From: Rhizodiscina lignyota
Taxonomy: Eukaryota
Assembly (NCBI GenBank): GCA_010015805.1
Contig: ML978122.1
Location: 248,001 to 312,000 of the forward strand
Reading direction: 5' to 3'
DNA: 64,000 nt
Position 1 is the first letter of the stretch, and each line of letters opens with the position of its first letter. The position numbers were made by a program, and so were the translations under genes. The notes under the pieces are model-generated. The model saw only the letters and a program-made list of their open reading frames with translations. It ran no database searches and was not told the DNA's origin. This document shows positions 24,582 through 37,549 of this stretch, piece after piece.

Positions 24582-25240
24582 AGCCAGCATGAGCAGCGAG
24601 CGAATTTCCTGGCATGAGCCGAAGTTGTATGCTTACCACAATACGATTACTTCAAGCAAGACCAGACGCCCTTGTCGCAGATTGCCAGAAATTAGATATT
24701 GAGAAGCGACATATATAAATTGCCATGCGCATATGCATCTGATTGGTTGCTGCACACACTTGTTGATCTTGCAGAATAACATTCTGATTTCTACCGCCAT
24801 TAATTTAAATGTATACCCATCGCAATCGACAAGCATTCATCGGGGCTGTGGCTCAATCGAGTTGTTTAAGATGGTGCGCCACAGCACGCGAACTTGACGC
24901 GTAGGTGCATCTGAGAGATAAAAAGCCCAGTATGAGAAGTTGCGTTTCTCATGACTTAATCTTGCCAAGTTCAAGGAGAATTCTATGCTAATTAAACCGT
25001 TCTATAGCATTGCACGCGATAGCGGGGGATGCCAGCTCAACGCCACACCTCTCCTATGCTGTTAGGTAGTTTCATTAGCGGTTAGATCCATTTCGACACT
25101 ATAACTGCTGCCACCAGATGAAAAGACTCGTCGCGTACCTCTCGAACTCACCAGATCAACGCGCACCAATTTCCCAAACTTGCGTTTGCAACGTTGTTAC
25201 TTTCAATAGTTGTTGCAGGATAAAAAGTCAATTGCAGCCC

Positions 25241-26783
25241 ATGGCTTCAACAACGCCTCCCAATCACTTGCCCACGCTTCCAAACGAGATAATCTTGGAG
25301 ATAGTAAAATTCCGAATCTGTCAATATCCTAATATCTGGGGACCATGGCTCGAACTTCGTGGAATCTCTCGGCTTTTCATGGATGCCGTGGAAGACCATT
25401 ATATTCGAAGATATCTCTTTCGAGCCCAGATATTCTTCGACGCAGGCGCTTACAGGCGGGGAGGAGAGATCATTGACCCAGGCGGCGTATTTAGATTTTG
25501 TTCCTTCATGAGCGAAGAAGATGTTTCAGAGCGCAAAGGGTCTGCATACCAGGCACTGTCCCCGAGTATTGCTGTTTTCACCCAGCGAAGAGATGAAGAG
25601 GAAAAACCGTTAACTCATATGGTCGAGGTTTGTGCCAGATTGAGGTTGTGTCCCTTTTGGAATTCTATGGCTAACATAATTAATTAAGGCCGCTGCACGG
25701 AGCGTTATTGAAGACATTCCACAAGGCTTAGGAAGCCATCGTCGCCTCCTTTTCAAGTTGCGCCATACTTGGACCGACCTACTGCCAAGTAATTTAGAGT
25801 TTCGCTCGGAAAGACGCATCACAGCTGGTCCGTCTAGCTCCAAGAAAATGACAACATTTCATTTCCAATTCGACTGGCGTAAGTACTTTACAGCATGGCT
25901 GAGTGAAGAGAAGGCTCGTATTAGGGAACGGGGGAAGCTGGTAAGCCACTCAAACGACTCCCCAGAATGGAGCGGGAATGCACTCGGTCCGCCTCATATT
26001 GACAGTCTGGCACAGGACGGCGCCCGGCGTGCATATACGCACATTGTGGACGGGAAGATGTTCCGCGGGGATATCACTGAAGATGAAACCAGGGAGAGCG
26101 ACTGGTGGCTGATGGACGGGACCTTAGACGAAGTGAGCTGGCGCATTATTCGTGCCTTTCGGGAGAAGCGAATAGCGCGACAGAAAGGCTGGTCTAAGGC
26201 AGAAGAGTCAGCTCACGATCAGTTTTGTTCGGACTTTGCCATAGAGAGACTTGCACGTATCTATGGGGAGGGGGATGTTCGATTTGGCGATGACTTGCCT
26301 GGTGAATACATGCACGGCGACTCCGGAGAAGAGGAAGGTGGGATCCGTGACTTAACCTTTTTTCCGTCCGAGGAGGTATACAACACGCTCATGGATCGCT
26401 GTCGCGCTATTGACGAGGATAGCAAGCCTGATCTCAAGGCTTTGCATGCACGGGTGGACGACGAAGACCGCATCATGCAACATATGAAGGACTATCACGA
26501 TACGATGGATGCGGCTACCAGATCTTGGCAAAAGGGTACCCGTACACCTAGTACAGCCGATGACGACGACTCCGAGGACAATGACGACTCCGAGGACAAT
26601 GACGACTCCGAGGACAATGACGCTGAGGACGATGACGATGATGAGGACGAGGACGACGCCGGAACAGATGATGGACTAAGTCAGAGCGAGGAGGAGGACG
26701 GATGGGTAATACCACATGACGGAGATCTTCTTCCTAAAACTTATGTAGACCTGTTTTGGGTATGGCGTATGTATTATATGTAA
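25241..26783 (+). CDS. Hypothetical protein with F-box-like N-terminus and acidic tail; 3' end uncertain
   Basis: LPTLPNEIILEIV near the N-terminus. Intron 25628-25688 joins ORF 25118-25687 in frame to ORF 25758-26783; probable further intron at about 25941-26014. Confidence 0.55.
26565..26618 (+). repeat. 18-bp tandem repeat x3 (GACGACTCCGAGGACAAT) encoding DDSEDN, followed by degenerate copies
   Basis: Three exact copies read directly from the sequence. Confidence 0.95.
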
Positions 26784-28214
26784 CTGGCGCCGTGTTCATA
26801 GGTCTTGATGCCTTGTTGAAGGATGAAACTCGGCGTCACAGCTCAGTAGGCAGGCCAAATATGTGCAACGTTGCCAGCGCAACGGGAAGTAATGGCAATG
26901 ATGACAATTTGCAAGCCTTGCGGCAACCTAATCCGTACAAATGGATTGATGTAACAAGACTCCTCTTCCCGAATATTACACTTGAAAGAGATAATGGTCT
27001 CATTGAACTGGCTAAGAAAGTGGAGTAGTGATAATGTCAAGCCTGATCGCTAAGACTCCACGCGTTTAAATACAGTACGAGCCACCTCAAACCTACCCCT
27101 AAGTTTTCGCAATGATATTTTTAAAAGTGTAATTGACTCTGCGGAATTCTGGCCAAGGATGCTAAACATATGCAGAGGTCTCGACGGCGTATTCGAGGAT
27201 GAGAGTCCACAGCTCGATTGGCAAGCTGGGGGTATGCGGCGTAGGGGAGGTAATGACAATGATGTTGATGCGAAAGCTTCGCAGCGCCATGGTCTGAAAC
27301 AAGCCATTGCCGTTTGCACTTATGGAGCTCTTCTTTCAGAGTCTTAAAAGGGTTACTTGCAGGGTATGTCAAAGCCGGCGAGCTAAGAGCGCTGAAGTCG
27401 CTCCCACTCCGCCGCCGCACTCGGAAACTGCCGTTCGAGCGCGCTACATCCTCATATTTCAGATGTCCAGGAGACTCTTGAAATCATGTCGGTGTCATCT
27501 TCATCGCCTTGGATCTTCTCCGTATCCAAATGAAAGGCTCTCCCCCCTTGAAACTACCTAAATATGCCGTTCCCCTCCCTCGCAGGTGTTCGGCATGTTC
27601 ATTCCGCATCATGAGACCCGTCGACACCTTATCTAGCCGTCTGTAGTACTGTGCGTTCAAGCCAAGCACTCTTCAAGGGTAACAGAGGTAAGAGAAGAAA
27701 AAGACTAGACACGTAACTCATACTAACTTGGATTTCTTTAGTCGCTCTACTACCCCTGTTCCCCCGGAGCGGATGCCTTTCTCCGCATATATACCCCAGA
27801 TTTCGAGACATGAGGTTGGGTTTTGCGGGATTAGCATACCGCGGATAATTAGCACGTCAAGTCTTCATATGCCCTGCCATTTCCATTTCATATGTCGGGG
27901 TGTCGTAATGTCCAAAAGCGTGCCTTGTCCTGGGAAGGACCGCTCTGGATCCTAAGTGAACAGAGCAACATCCCCATACAGATACTCGAGGCATGCAAAT
28001 CATAGAATCGGCGATTTCTCTGTTCTCACTACTCTCCGTGTCTGATGATTTCGTTAAGCTTTTCTTAGTCCCTTGCTTGGATTAACATTTCCGCAAGCGT
28101 AAAGGAGAGGTAGATATACTCTTCTTCACCCATCCGCTTCCCCAGTTTTCTTTACGTGTCCATCAAAGTTACAGCACGCACCTATAGATTCTGTGTCGAA
28201 CGATATTTTTTAAC

Positions 28215-30296
28215 ATGGCGGAGCAGAAACACGATATCCAAATGGCCGAAATGGCACCACATACAGACGAAGACCTTCGCCAAGTCCGCTCATTGGATGC
28301 GGAAGATGTCAAAGGCCGTGACTTTACAATTGACCGGAATGATATGCCTAAAGGTTATTTCTTCAGTCCTAAATTTATTGGATCTATGTTTGCTATCGGC
28401 GCAAATCTTGGATCTGGAACAGGCGCATTCGCACTGATCGCGCCGATTCTCTCTTTCGTAAACGAAGATATTGGTCCTGACGCGAACCTGACCTGGGTTG
28501 CAATTGCCTATCTCCTCGCTTCGTCTATTGGCTTCCCTTTTGTTGGGCGGCTGACAGACATCTTTGGTCGTCGATGGTTCTTCATCTTCGGCGGTATGCT
28601 AGCGACTGTTGGGAGTATTGTATGCGCTACTGCTCCGAATATCAACGCTATGATTGCTGGTGAAGTGATCTTAGGTCTTGCGGCCTCGGGACAGATTTTG
28701 TATGGAGCTCCAATCAGCGAACTGGTTCCAATGAAACACCGGTTCTGGGCACAAGGCTACGTGTGAGTCGTCAATTGCACTGAACGGTTTTACGCTTGTC
28801 GCTGACGTATCTGTCAGGGTTTGTTGGACTATTCCCACGAGCAGTCTGTAAGTATATCAACTATGATACGCAATTGACGACCTTAAGCTGATATATTCTT
28901 AGTGCCGCTGTCGTTGCGTATGCCTTCGTTTTCCAGACAAAGGTGGGCTGGAGAGGCGTATTTTATTTCTTGATCGCACTCAATGTGGCGATTACAATCG
29001 CCTTATTCCTCTTTTACAGACCTCCGAGCTTTCATATGAAGTAAGTTCTTCAGCATCAAGATGAGCAGCTGCTCCCTTGCTAATCATCATCCCCCAATAG
29101 ACACGGAGATAACCGAAAGACGCAATATTTGAAGCATTTCGACTTTGTCGGCGCTTTCCTCTTCGTGGCCGGCCTACTTCTCTTCATTATGGGCATATCC
29201 TGGGGTGGCGTACTGCATCCTTGGAAATCTGCTGCAGTTATTGCTCCCATTATTATCGGATTTTTCCTTCTTGTTGCATTTGCACTATGGGAGGGTTTGG
29301 CTCCGTTACAAGAACCGCTGGTACCACTGCACCTGTTCAAAGTTCGAGGTTTTGTTATCTCGGTCCTGATGTGGTCCTTGGGTGCGTCAGTGTACTATGC
29401 CAACGCTATTCTCTGGCCAAGCATGGTTAACACGTTGTATGCTTCCGGTCATGGTGTCATGTGGGGTGGCTGGGCATCGTGTCTTGCGAATTCCGGAATT
29501 ACTTTAGGGGAGCTGCTGGTACCGGTAGGCACATTGTTCAAAAACAAACATTGGCAGATCAGATCGGTGTTCTTTATTGGCAGCGCTTTCGTCGTCTGTA
29601 AGTTTCTACCAAAATAGTTATTGCTTGGCATATTACTCAATGCTTACTTTCATTAGCAATGGCCAGCTGCACTCCACATACTCCAACGCAGGCAATGGCT
29701 CTCATCTTCTTCGGCTCGTTCTTCATCGGATACAATGAGATTGCAAACTCGACCGTGATTACCCTTACGGTTGACGATCAGAGAGAAATTGGCACGGCGA
29801 ACGGAATCGCAAGCTCTGTGAGAAACTGTGTCTCAACCATCTGCTCGACGTAGGCAATTTTATGCACTCTGCTCGACGAGAATTTACTGACCGCTTCCCA
29901 AACAGCGTCTTTACTACAGTCCTCGCAAACCGCCTCGCCGAATCTATACCTGCAAAGGTTCCGCCTGCTCTTACTGCTGCCGGCCTTCCAGCTTCCTCCG
30001 TCGCTCCATTCATCACGGCTTTATCGTCGGGTAGCGCAACAGCGTTCAACACTGTCCAAGGACTAACTCCTACCATTCAAGCGATTGGAGTTCGTGCCTA
30101 TCAAGAAGCGAACTCAGATGCCTTCCGCACAGTATACTTGACCACTCTTGCATTCAGTGGGATTGGAATGCTACTCTCCATCTTCTACCCTAATATCGAT
30201 CACCTTCTCACGAACGCTGTGAGCGTGCAGCTTCATAACAAAGGGGCAGATGATCATGCGGATGTTTACGACGAGGAGAAGAAGATTGAGAATTGA
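28215..30296 (+). CDS. MFS transporter, TRI12-like (fungal trichothecene efflux pump family), multi-exon
   Basis: GRLTDIFGRRWF (MFS motif A), SELVPMKHR, DFVGAFLFVAGLLLFIMGISWGG, and many TM segments. Several introns, with a micro-exon of about 30 nt at 28818-28847. Confidence 0.88.
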
Positions 30297-30428
30297 AAAG
30301 AATGGATTTTTACGGCTTTCAGGACCACGAACGATAATTCACTTCATCGAAGCTATTTAACTTCAATAATCGAATGTAGGCCCACCTTGAAACAATGCGT
30401 TTCCTCTTCCAAGTCCTCCAGCTACAGT

Positions 30429-31670
30429 CTACAATACCCGGATTCTTCTGTTCCATTTCTCATCTTCCCGGATCACGACTTTCCATTCAGGAACGAAGTG
30501 CGTGTAGAAATCTTCCGATGAGTGACCCGGTACCCAGCCGAGCGACCGTGCGACGTCAGCTTTCGTCCTTGAGCTGGACTTGCTGTCAGCTGATGCCATG
30601 GTGATTTCAGTTACGCACTAACCTTGATACAAATCCACTCTCTACCCAAATCTTATCATACCAGTCCAACCGTTCATTCGCTTCCTCAAGTGTTATGCTC
30701 TTGACTTCATCCGTCTTCAGGATACCGAGCTCGACACCAGCTTTGGCAATCCCCTCGCCAACCTCTTTCCAGCTATGCTCCCCATTCTCCGCAAAGAATA
30801 TCCCTTTCTCTCCGTATGGTACGTCTTTTCCTTCCAGAATCGCGGCCAGGAAAGTCTCGTAGAGCTGTGCCAAATCGACGATGTGGATATGATTCTTTCT
30901 TCCCTCGCCCTTTCCAACGATCCATGCGTAGCCGTCTTTCGCTGCTCGGCGCATCATGTCTGGAATCTGATGCGTGAGCTTGTGGTAATCTCCGAGCCCT
31001 TCTCCGTAAAGCATGGGACAGATGAAAATGTGAGTCTTGATCCCAGTCTCCTGGCTCGTCCGGACAACCAGAAGGTCAGTATTGCGTTGCGGATATGGAA
31101 AGATCTCGTTCATGTATTTCATATTTTCAAGCGTATGTAGCGGGTCCGAGTCGTGCCAAACGCCATGCGAGTATTTTGGATAGAGACCGTTAATTGGACT
31201 ATCCGAAACATTGGATGTGCCAGATACATGCATGTAATATACATCTTTCCCGGTTTTGGCCTTTCTTTCTGCTAGACCTTCGAGGAGAGACTTTGCAATT
31301 CCGGTATGAAACCCCGAGGCAGTATGTAGGACCACTGTGCAAGTTAGATGTCATTGAGAAAAAGTATCAGCTGAACAGGCTTACAATCGTGTTCGCTTGC
31401 AGCTTTCTTGATAGTCTCGTGGTCATCGAAGCCTTCGAATAGGATTGGCTTTACACCTTTGGCCTCCATGGCTTTGGCTTTGTCTTCCCCTCGGACAAGG
31501 ACTGAGAGGTCGACATTTTTGATGCTGTCGAACTTTGTAGATTGTAACACGACGAGAGTAGTCCCTCCACTACAGGCATCGTATTAGAGAGACTACATGA
31601 GTTATGCTTAAAATTATGAAACTTACACATAGCCTGTCGCTCCTGTCAGGAGAACTGATGTCCTTGCCAT
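30429..31670 (-). CDS. NAD(P)-binding epimerase/dehydratase-like (extended SDR) protein, 4 exons
   Basis: Spliced N-terminus MARTSVLLTGATGYVGGT (Rossmann motif), HVSGTS, HIHIVDLAQLY, GEHSWKE. Last exon SRTKADVARSLGW...RIRVL-stop. Confidence 0.85.
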
Positions 31671-32627
31671 AATTGAGGCTAGCTGAAACTAGGGAGAGTT
31701 ATTACAGAATGTGCACCAGAATGGACGACGAGTGATCAATTCCACGACAGACAGAATAGCATCAATAATGCTGGCTTCTATCTACATGTGTACTTTATAG
31801 CCCCAGCAGCTGTGGATAATGGTGATGAGATGCGGGGACGAAGATCTAGATGGCATCTAAGCACATCATCGGGGATCTCGCCGGCTAAGTGAAGGCAAGT
31901 TTCCTTCCGGCGATGTTCTTTGAGAACTGCTGTAAGCGAGCTGTATCATTGTATATCATCATTTATCAAGTGAAAAGCGACGAATCCGGTATGATATCTC
32001 TCTGGAAATTTTTGGAGGGGTTGCAGATGCTCGATGCTCCGCAATTCACGCTACCATGAAAAGTTACTCTAGTCCTGGGTAGGGTTTACCTAATTCGGAA
32101 GGACTTCTGGGTCTTCTGTACAATCGCTCTACCTATAATAGCCCTATCATGTAGACTTTACTCGTGTGATTCTTCTTGTTTGATCCACACTGAGCATTTC
32201 CGGTTTAGTTTACATCCACTCCGTCGGGCACCTCCAATATTTGAATCTCCGTGCATGAGCACATGAGATAACTCCTGGAGCAATAGACTACGTCTTAGAC
32301 AGAGGCGCTCAAGAGATTTGAAGACAATAATTGCGAATTAACATTTTTCGGGTGAGTGGAAATTTCCAAGTCACTCGTGCTATAAAGGAGCTTCTGGTTG
32401 GGTTTGAGCGCTATGCTCGAATGAGGTACGAGTTCCGCTATCTGCTCCGCATCCCTCTCGACATGCTCAAACTACACCTAAGATATTCTAATTAGGCATA
32501 TCCTCAGATATTGCCATAGATTCTCTCGGCCCTTCGCTTACAGTTCAAGGACCTAAAAACAACAGTCGTCCCGAGCATTCTGCAGATTTATTGCATCTTC
32601 ACATTGCAAGAGAAGATAGACCAAGAG

Positions 32628-34423
32628 ATGGTGCAGATAAAGCAAATGCCAACATGGCAAGAGACATGCCAGCTCATGCGCGACTACCGAGATGAAACAA
32701 TCAGCAAAATACGACCGCAAATACCCGACTTGCCATCCAATGTCCCCCTGAACGCATCCTCGGTTCCGGGAACTGTTCTCAAAGAAAACGAGATCCGTAT
32801 TACCGAGTCCAGCACTGAAGACCTACTCTCCCAGTTATCCACGGGACATCTCACGGCGGTTGAGGTCACAAATGCCTTCCTCCGCCGCGCTGGTATCGCT
32901 CACAAGCTCGTCAACTGCATCACAGAGGTACTCCCAGATCGCGCCCTTGAACGAGCGGAGTATTTGGATGAGTATCTTGCAGCCCACAAGAAACCTATCG
33001 GTCCCCTACACGGCCTTCCAATTAGCGTTAAAGAGCATATCGCTATGAAAGGCCTTGACTTGAATGCCGCGTTTGTTAGTTGGGTCGGCCGCGTAGCGAA
33101 GAAAGACGCGTTGATTCTTACGATTCTCTGGGAAGCTGGAGCTGTCTTCTATGCAAGGACGACAGAGCCGCAACTTCTGATGCATTTAGAGACATCGAGT
33201 AACTTGTACGGCGAGACCGTTTGCGGCTTCAATCGTAATCTGACATCTGGCGGCAGCAGCGGGGGAGAAGGAGCGCTAATTGGAATGCGTGGAAGCTGCT
33301 TGGGCATTGGCACGGATATTGGAGGGAGCATCCGAAATCCTGCAGCTAACAATGGGCTCTGGGGATTCAAGCCGACATCGCACAGGCTTCCCTTAGTCGG
33401 GTGCAGTGCTCCAGCACTGGGACAAGAACATATCGCTCCAGCTATTGGTCCAATCTCGACGACTCTCGGAGGAATCAAAATATTCATGAAAACCCTGATA
33501 GATGCGAAGCCGTGGTTAAGCGACCCGAGTCTTCTACCTTTCGCATGGAGAGACAGATTCGATTGGCTTGCGAATGGTGGTGAGAGGAAGGTGAAGATTG
33601 CCGTACTTTGGGATGATGATATCGTGCGACCACATCCTCCTGTGCTTCGTGCTCTGAAGGAAGTCACGGAACGCCTGCGTCACGTTGACGGCGTTGAGCT
33701 TGTCGATTGGAAGCCGTATAAGCATGATGTTGCTTGGGATATCATCGTAAGCTCTTCAAATAATATTGGATGATACGAACTGCACACTGAAAAGGAGGAC
33801 AGTCAGCGCTTTATTACTGCGATGGGGGAAAAGAAGATGAGGAGGTGCTGGCGGAATCCGGAGAGCCATGGCGACCACTTTCGACATGGGTGATCAAAGA
33901 CAACCCAAATGTCAAGGAACGGCATATTAGAGAGACGTGGGATCTCCAGATTAAGCGCGACGTTTACAGGGAAGAGTACAACTCACTTTGGGGCGACGTG
34001 GATGTCATACTTTCACCCGTTGGTCCCGGTGCAGCACCACCACTCAACTGTGCGCGATATTGGCAGTACACAGCACAGTGGAATCTCCTTGACATCCCCT
34101 CATTAGTCTTTCCTGTAAGCTCTCGGATCCCAAATAAATATATCACATCTGACGGTGCGCAGGTAACGAGTGTTGACCCAGCAGTGGATGTGAAGGAGTC
34201 TGATTATGTGCCACGAAATGAGAAAGACAAATATAACTACGATCTTTGTAAGTCTCGAAGGATCCTGGACGGGTCAGAGATCTAAACTTTTCTAGATGAA
34301 CCAGAACTCTACCGGGATGCGCCCATTTGCCTACAGCTTTCCGGATGCCGATATGAAGATGAAAAGGTTGTACAGATCGCGGAATTCATGCAACAGCAGT
34401 TTGATCTGCCACTAAAGAAGTAG
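32628..34423 (+). CDS. Amidase signature family enzyme (acetamidase/FAAH-like), 4 exons
   Basis: GPLHGLPISVKE, GGSSGGEGA, GTDIGGSIRNPA. Final exon DAPICLQLSGCRYEDEKV...LPLKK-TAG. Confidence 0.92.
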
Positions 34424-34500
34424 TGGTAGCTAAAAGACACAGAAGATTGGGATCTTCTTGAAACCGGACGCATTTCCAACGATGGAATGTCTTTTGGTGG

Positions 34501-36062
34501 TTACAGAGACTCGTTTCGATAGTGACCAGCAACTAGGAATGCAAGTTCTAGCGCTTGCTTCTCATTGAGCCGCGGGTCGCAGTAAGTGGTATAATTCAAG
34601 TTCAGATCTTCTTCAACGAGCCCCTCACTTCCGCCGGTGCATTCGGTAACCTATACATGGAGAATATTAGCGTATTGTGGCCTTAGTGTGTGCAACACCG
34701 GATGACGTACTGCTTCACCAGTGAGCTCCAAATGGACACCTCCAAGGAATGACCCATGCTGCTGATGGATTCGAAGAGCCGACGAGACTTCTGATAAGAT
34801 ACTGGTGAAGTGGCGTGTTTTTATGCCGTCTGGTGTTGTTACAGTATTTCTATGTCACAGTTAGCACTCTTCAGCTCATATGACAACGACGGGGCGTGCT
34901 TACCCATGCATCGGATCACATTGCCAGACGACGACATGCCCACTCTGCTTAACAGCTTCGATATGCGATCCGAGCATTGACTCGATCTTTTTCTCGCCGT
35001 AGCGAGTAATGAGTGTGACTTTGCCAATCTCTTTGCTCGGGTTCACAACATCCAGAAGCTCCACGAGTTCATCGGCTTTCATTGATGGTCCGACTTTTAT
35101 TCCAATTGGGTTCTCGAGGCCTCTGAAGAATTCGACGTGCCCGCCTTCTATTTGCCTCGTCCGGTCACCGATCCAGAGGAAATGAGCGGAGGTGTTGTAC
35201 CAGCCATGGTCATTGTCGTCAGCGATGTGACCATTCATCGTCGCTTCAGAAGGAAGGCGGTTGGACGGATGCCGCATGCGACGCGTAAGACGTTCTTCAT
35301 ATTCCAGGACAAGTCCTTCATGGCTTGTAAAGAGATCGACGGTGTGAATTTGACCGGCTGTATCTGCTCCAACAGTTCTCATGAACCTCAGCGATTCCGT
35401 AATGCTTGTGACAATGCTTTGATACTTCGCCTGGATGCCCTTGTCTTTGACATGTCCCAAGCCCCAATCCAGTGGATTGTGCAGATCTGCAAAGCCTGAG
35501 GCCAGCTGCGAGCGGACGTAGTTGATCGTACTCGCGGAGTGGAAATAAGCCTCCACAAGGCGCCCAGGATCAATGTCTCGTTCCTCTTGGGGATAGCCAT
35601 TCAAAATATCGCCTCGGAACGATGGGATCTCTTGTCCATTTACCTTTTCCGTTGGACTCGATCTCGGCTTCGCATACTGCCCTGCCATCCTCGCAATGCG
35701 AACGACGGGCTTGTTAGCGCCCCAAATGAGCACCAAACTCATCTGAAGGAGAAGCTTCATCTTGGCATCGATTGCATCACTTTCACAATAAGAGAAGAGT
35801 TCTGCACAGTCTCCGCCCTGCAGGAGAAAGGCATTGCCGAGTGCGACATCGCGAAGACTTTTCTTGAGCTTCTGAATTTCGGCAGGTGTCACAAGTGGTG
35901 GCAAAGTTTGGAGTTTTACCAATGCTTTGTCGACGGCTTTTCGATCGGAATATTTGACTTCTTGTTTGATTGGTTTGTCACGCCACGCTTGAGGCTTCTG
36001 TTAGTAGTGCCAAAGGATCGAGAAAGCCGCAGCTTACAAGAGGGTGTCCAGGAACGAGACAT
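34501..36062 (-). CDS. Class II DAHP synthase (3-deoxy-D-arabino-heptulosonate 7-phosphate synthase), 4 exons
   Basis: [76 protein letters not shown]. Start MSRSWTPS followed by an intron. Confidence 0.95.
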
Positions 36063-36217
36063 CGCTCTGCTCGAAACAAGAGCTTCCACTTTTGCCTATG
36101 GCAACTTCCTACAGCCAGGCGGAACCACGACGTCAATTATTTTGTCTGCCAAATGCGAATTTGTGAAGAAAAGAGGTGAGAAGGTCCCGAGTTGTCGCTC
36201 TCTGGGTACCAAGTAGA

Positions 36218-36224
36218 TGAGTCA
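36218..36224 (-). promoter_or_regulatory. Gcn4/CpcA (cross-pathway control) site TGACTCA upstream of DAHP synthase
   Basis: ATGAGTCA on the + strand about 156 bp upstream of the DAHP synthase ATG, as expected for an amino-acid biosynthesis gene. Confidence 0.6.
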
Positions 36225-36883
36225 AAATTCTGAAAGGAAAATAACGCGAGCCGCTGTGAGTTTGCGGCACAGTCTAACGGAGCGAAGAGCGAGACCGGTG
36301 ATCAATATCAATGATCTTATTCTTCAAATAAGCCCGGAACTTGTGAGACGTATTGGCGAATTTGTGTAGTATTTGCACAACTTGTCGCAAGTCATCCCCT
36401 TGCCTTTGATATTTCTTCCAGCGAGCGCTTGCTCAACTGATGACAAAATATCATTATGTCCTTAGCTTACAATGCGCCAGCCTCTTTCGGATTTAAAACT
36501 GAATGCTCCCCTGGCGAAACATGTTTTTTGGTAACCTAATTGAAAGTACAGGCTGTCTACTTTGCTCTTTTGAGACTGCTCTTGCCATTAAAATGATGCT
36601 GACAAGTTTACGCCACAGCCGCTTGCCCACTTCCGACTCTCTTATCAAATGAGAAACCCGAGGTCCCGATGTCGGGATTGAGCGCTCCTACTACGGAGTG
36701 CAACAACTTCATTTTATGGGAATTCCTGAGATAGTTAATATGCACGGTTGACCCATTCTGTCAATTAGGTCAAGCAAAACATCGTTCAGCTTCTTATATA
36801 CTTAGGCATTTCATGCTCCATTCGTTGTCTAAGTGACACACATTGCTCGGCTTAATCTAACTCTGCTCAATTCTTTATCTATC

Positions 36884-37549
36884 ATGTCACAACGACTCCT
36901 CTCGGCCTGGACACGGAGCTATCATGACCTGAGACCTCGCATAGTCCCCAGGCTTCGATGCTCCCCATGGCAAGGAAGAATTCTCTACGGTCGAACTTTC
37001 TCCTCGCTAAACGCGCATCGAAGCCAAGTAAATGCCATCCTTCCGACAGAGCTTTCTCCAAACGAGAAGAGACCGCATCTGGAATACCTCGTGCAGCGTT
37101 TCTTTGGGTCGATCTGGAACGACTTTGATCTCTCCGCGGTGCCAGAGATAGTCTCACCAGACTTGGTATTCCGAGGAAGTCTGAGGCCAATACCGGGAAA
37201 CATCAACGATTTTGCGGGTTATCACAAAGAGGTTGAGGCCGCATTTCCCGATTTCTATCAGCGAATCGACGCGATATATACGGATGGCGACGTATTGATA
37301 TCCAAGATGAGCTGGTCCGCCACTCACACAGGGACATTCCGAGGGATAGAGCCAAGTGGAAGAAGATTTATGTACCCTGGCATTTTCATTGCAAGAGAAA
37401 AAGATGGTAAAATTGTGGAATTGTTCTCAATGGGCGACAGCTGGAACATGTACAAAGTGATCCAGGAAGGAGGCAGTGAGGTGATTGAGGAGTCAGTGTG
37501 GGCCGGGAGGAAGACCGGAGGACGTGAAAATGAGTGGAAGAAGAAATAG
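36884..37549 (+). CDS. SnoaL-like (ester/polyketide cyclase, NTF2 fold) protein with probable mitochondrial presequence
   Basis: AAFPDFY, SATHTGTFRGIEPSGR and DGKIVE are SnoaL-type motifs. N-terminal ~45 aa are Arg/Ser-rich and acid-poor. Intronless. Confidence 0.8.
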   Translation: MSQRLLSAWTRSYHDLRPRIVPRLRCSPWQGRILYGRTFSSLNAHRSQVNAILPTELSPNEKRPHLEYLVQRFFGSIWNDFDLSAVPEIVSPDLVFRGSLRPIPGNINDFAGYHKEVEAAFPDFYQRIDAIYTDGDVLISKMSWSATHTGTFRGIEPSGRRFMYPGIFIAREKDGKIVELFSMGDSWNMYKVIQEGGSEVIEESVWAGRKTGGRENEWKKK

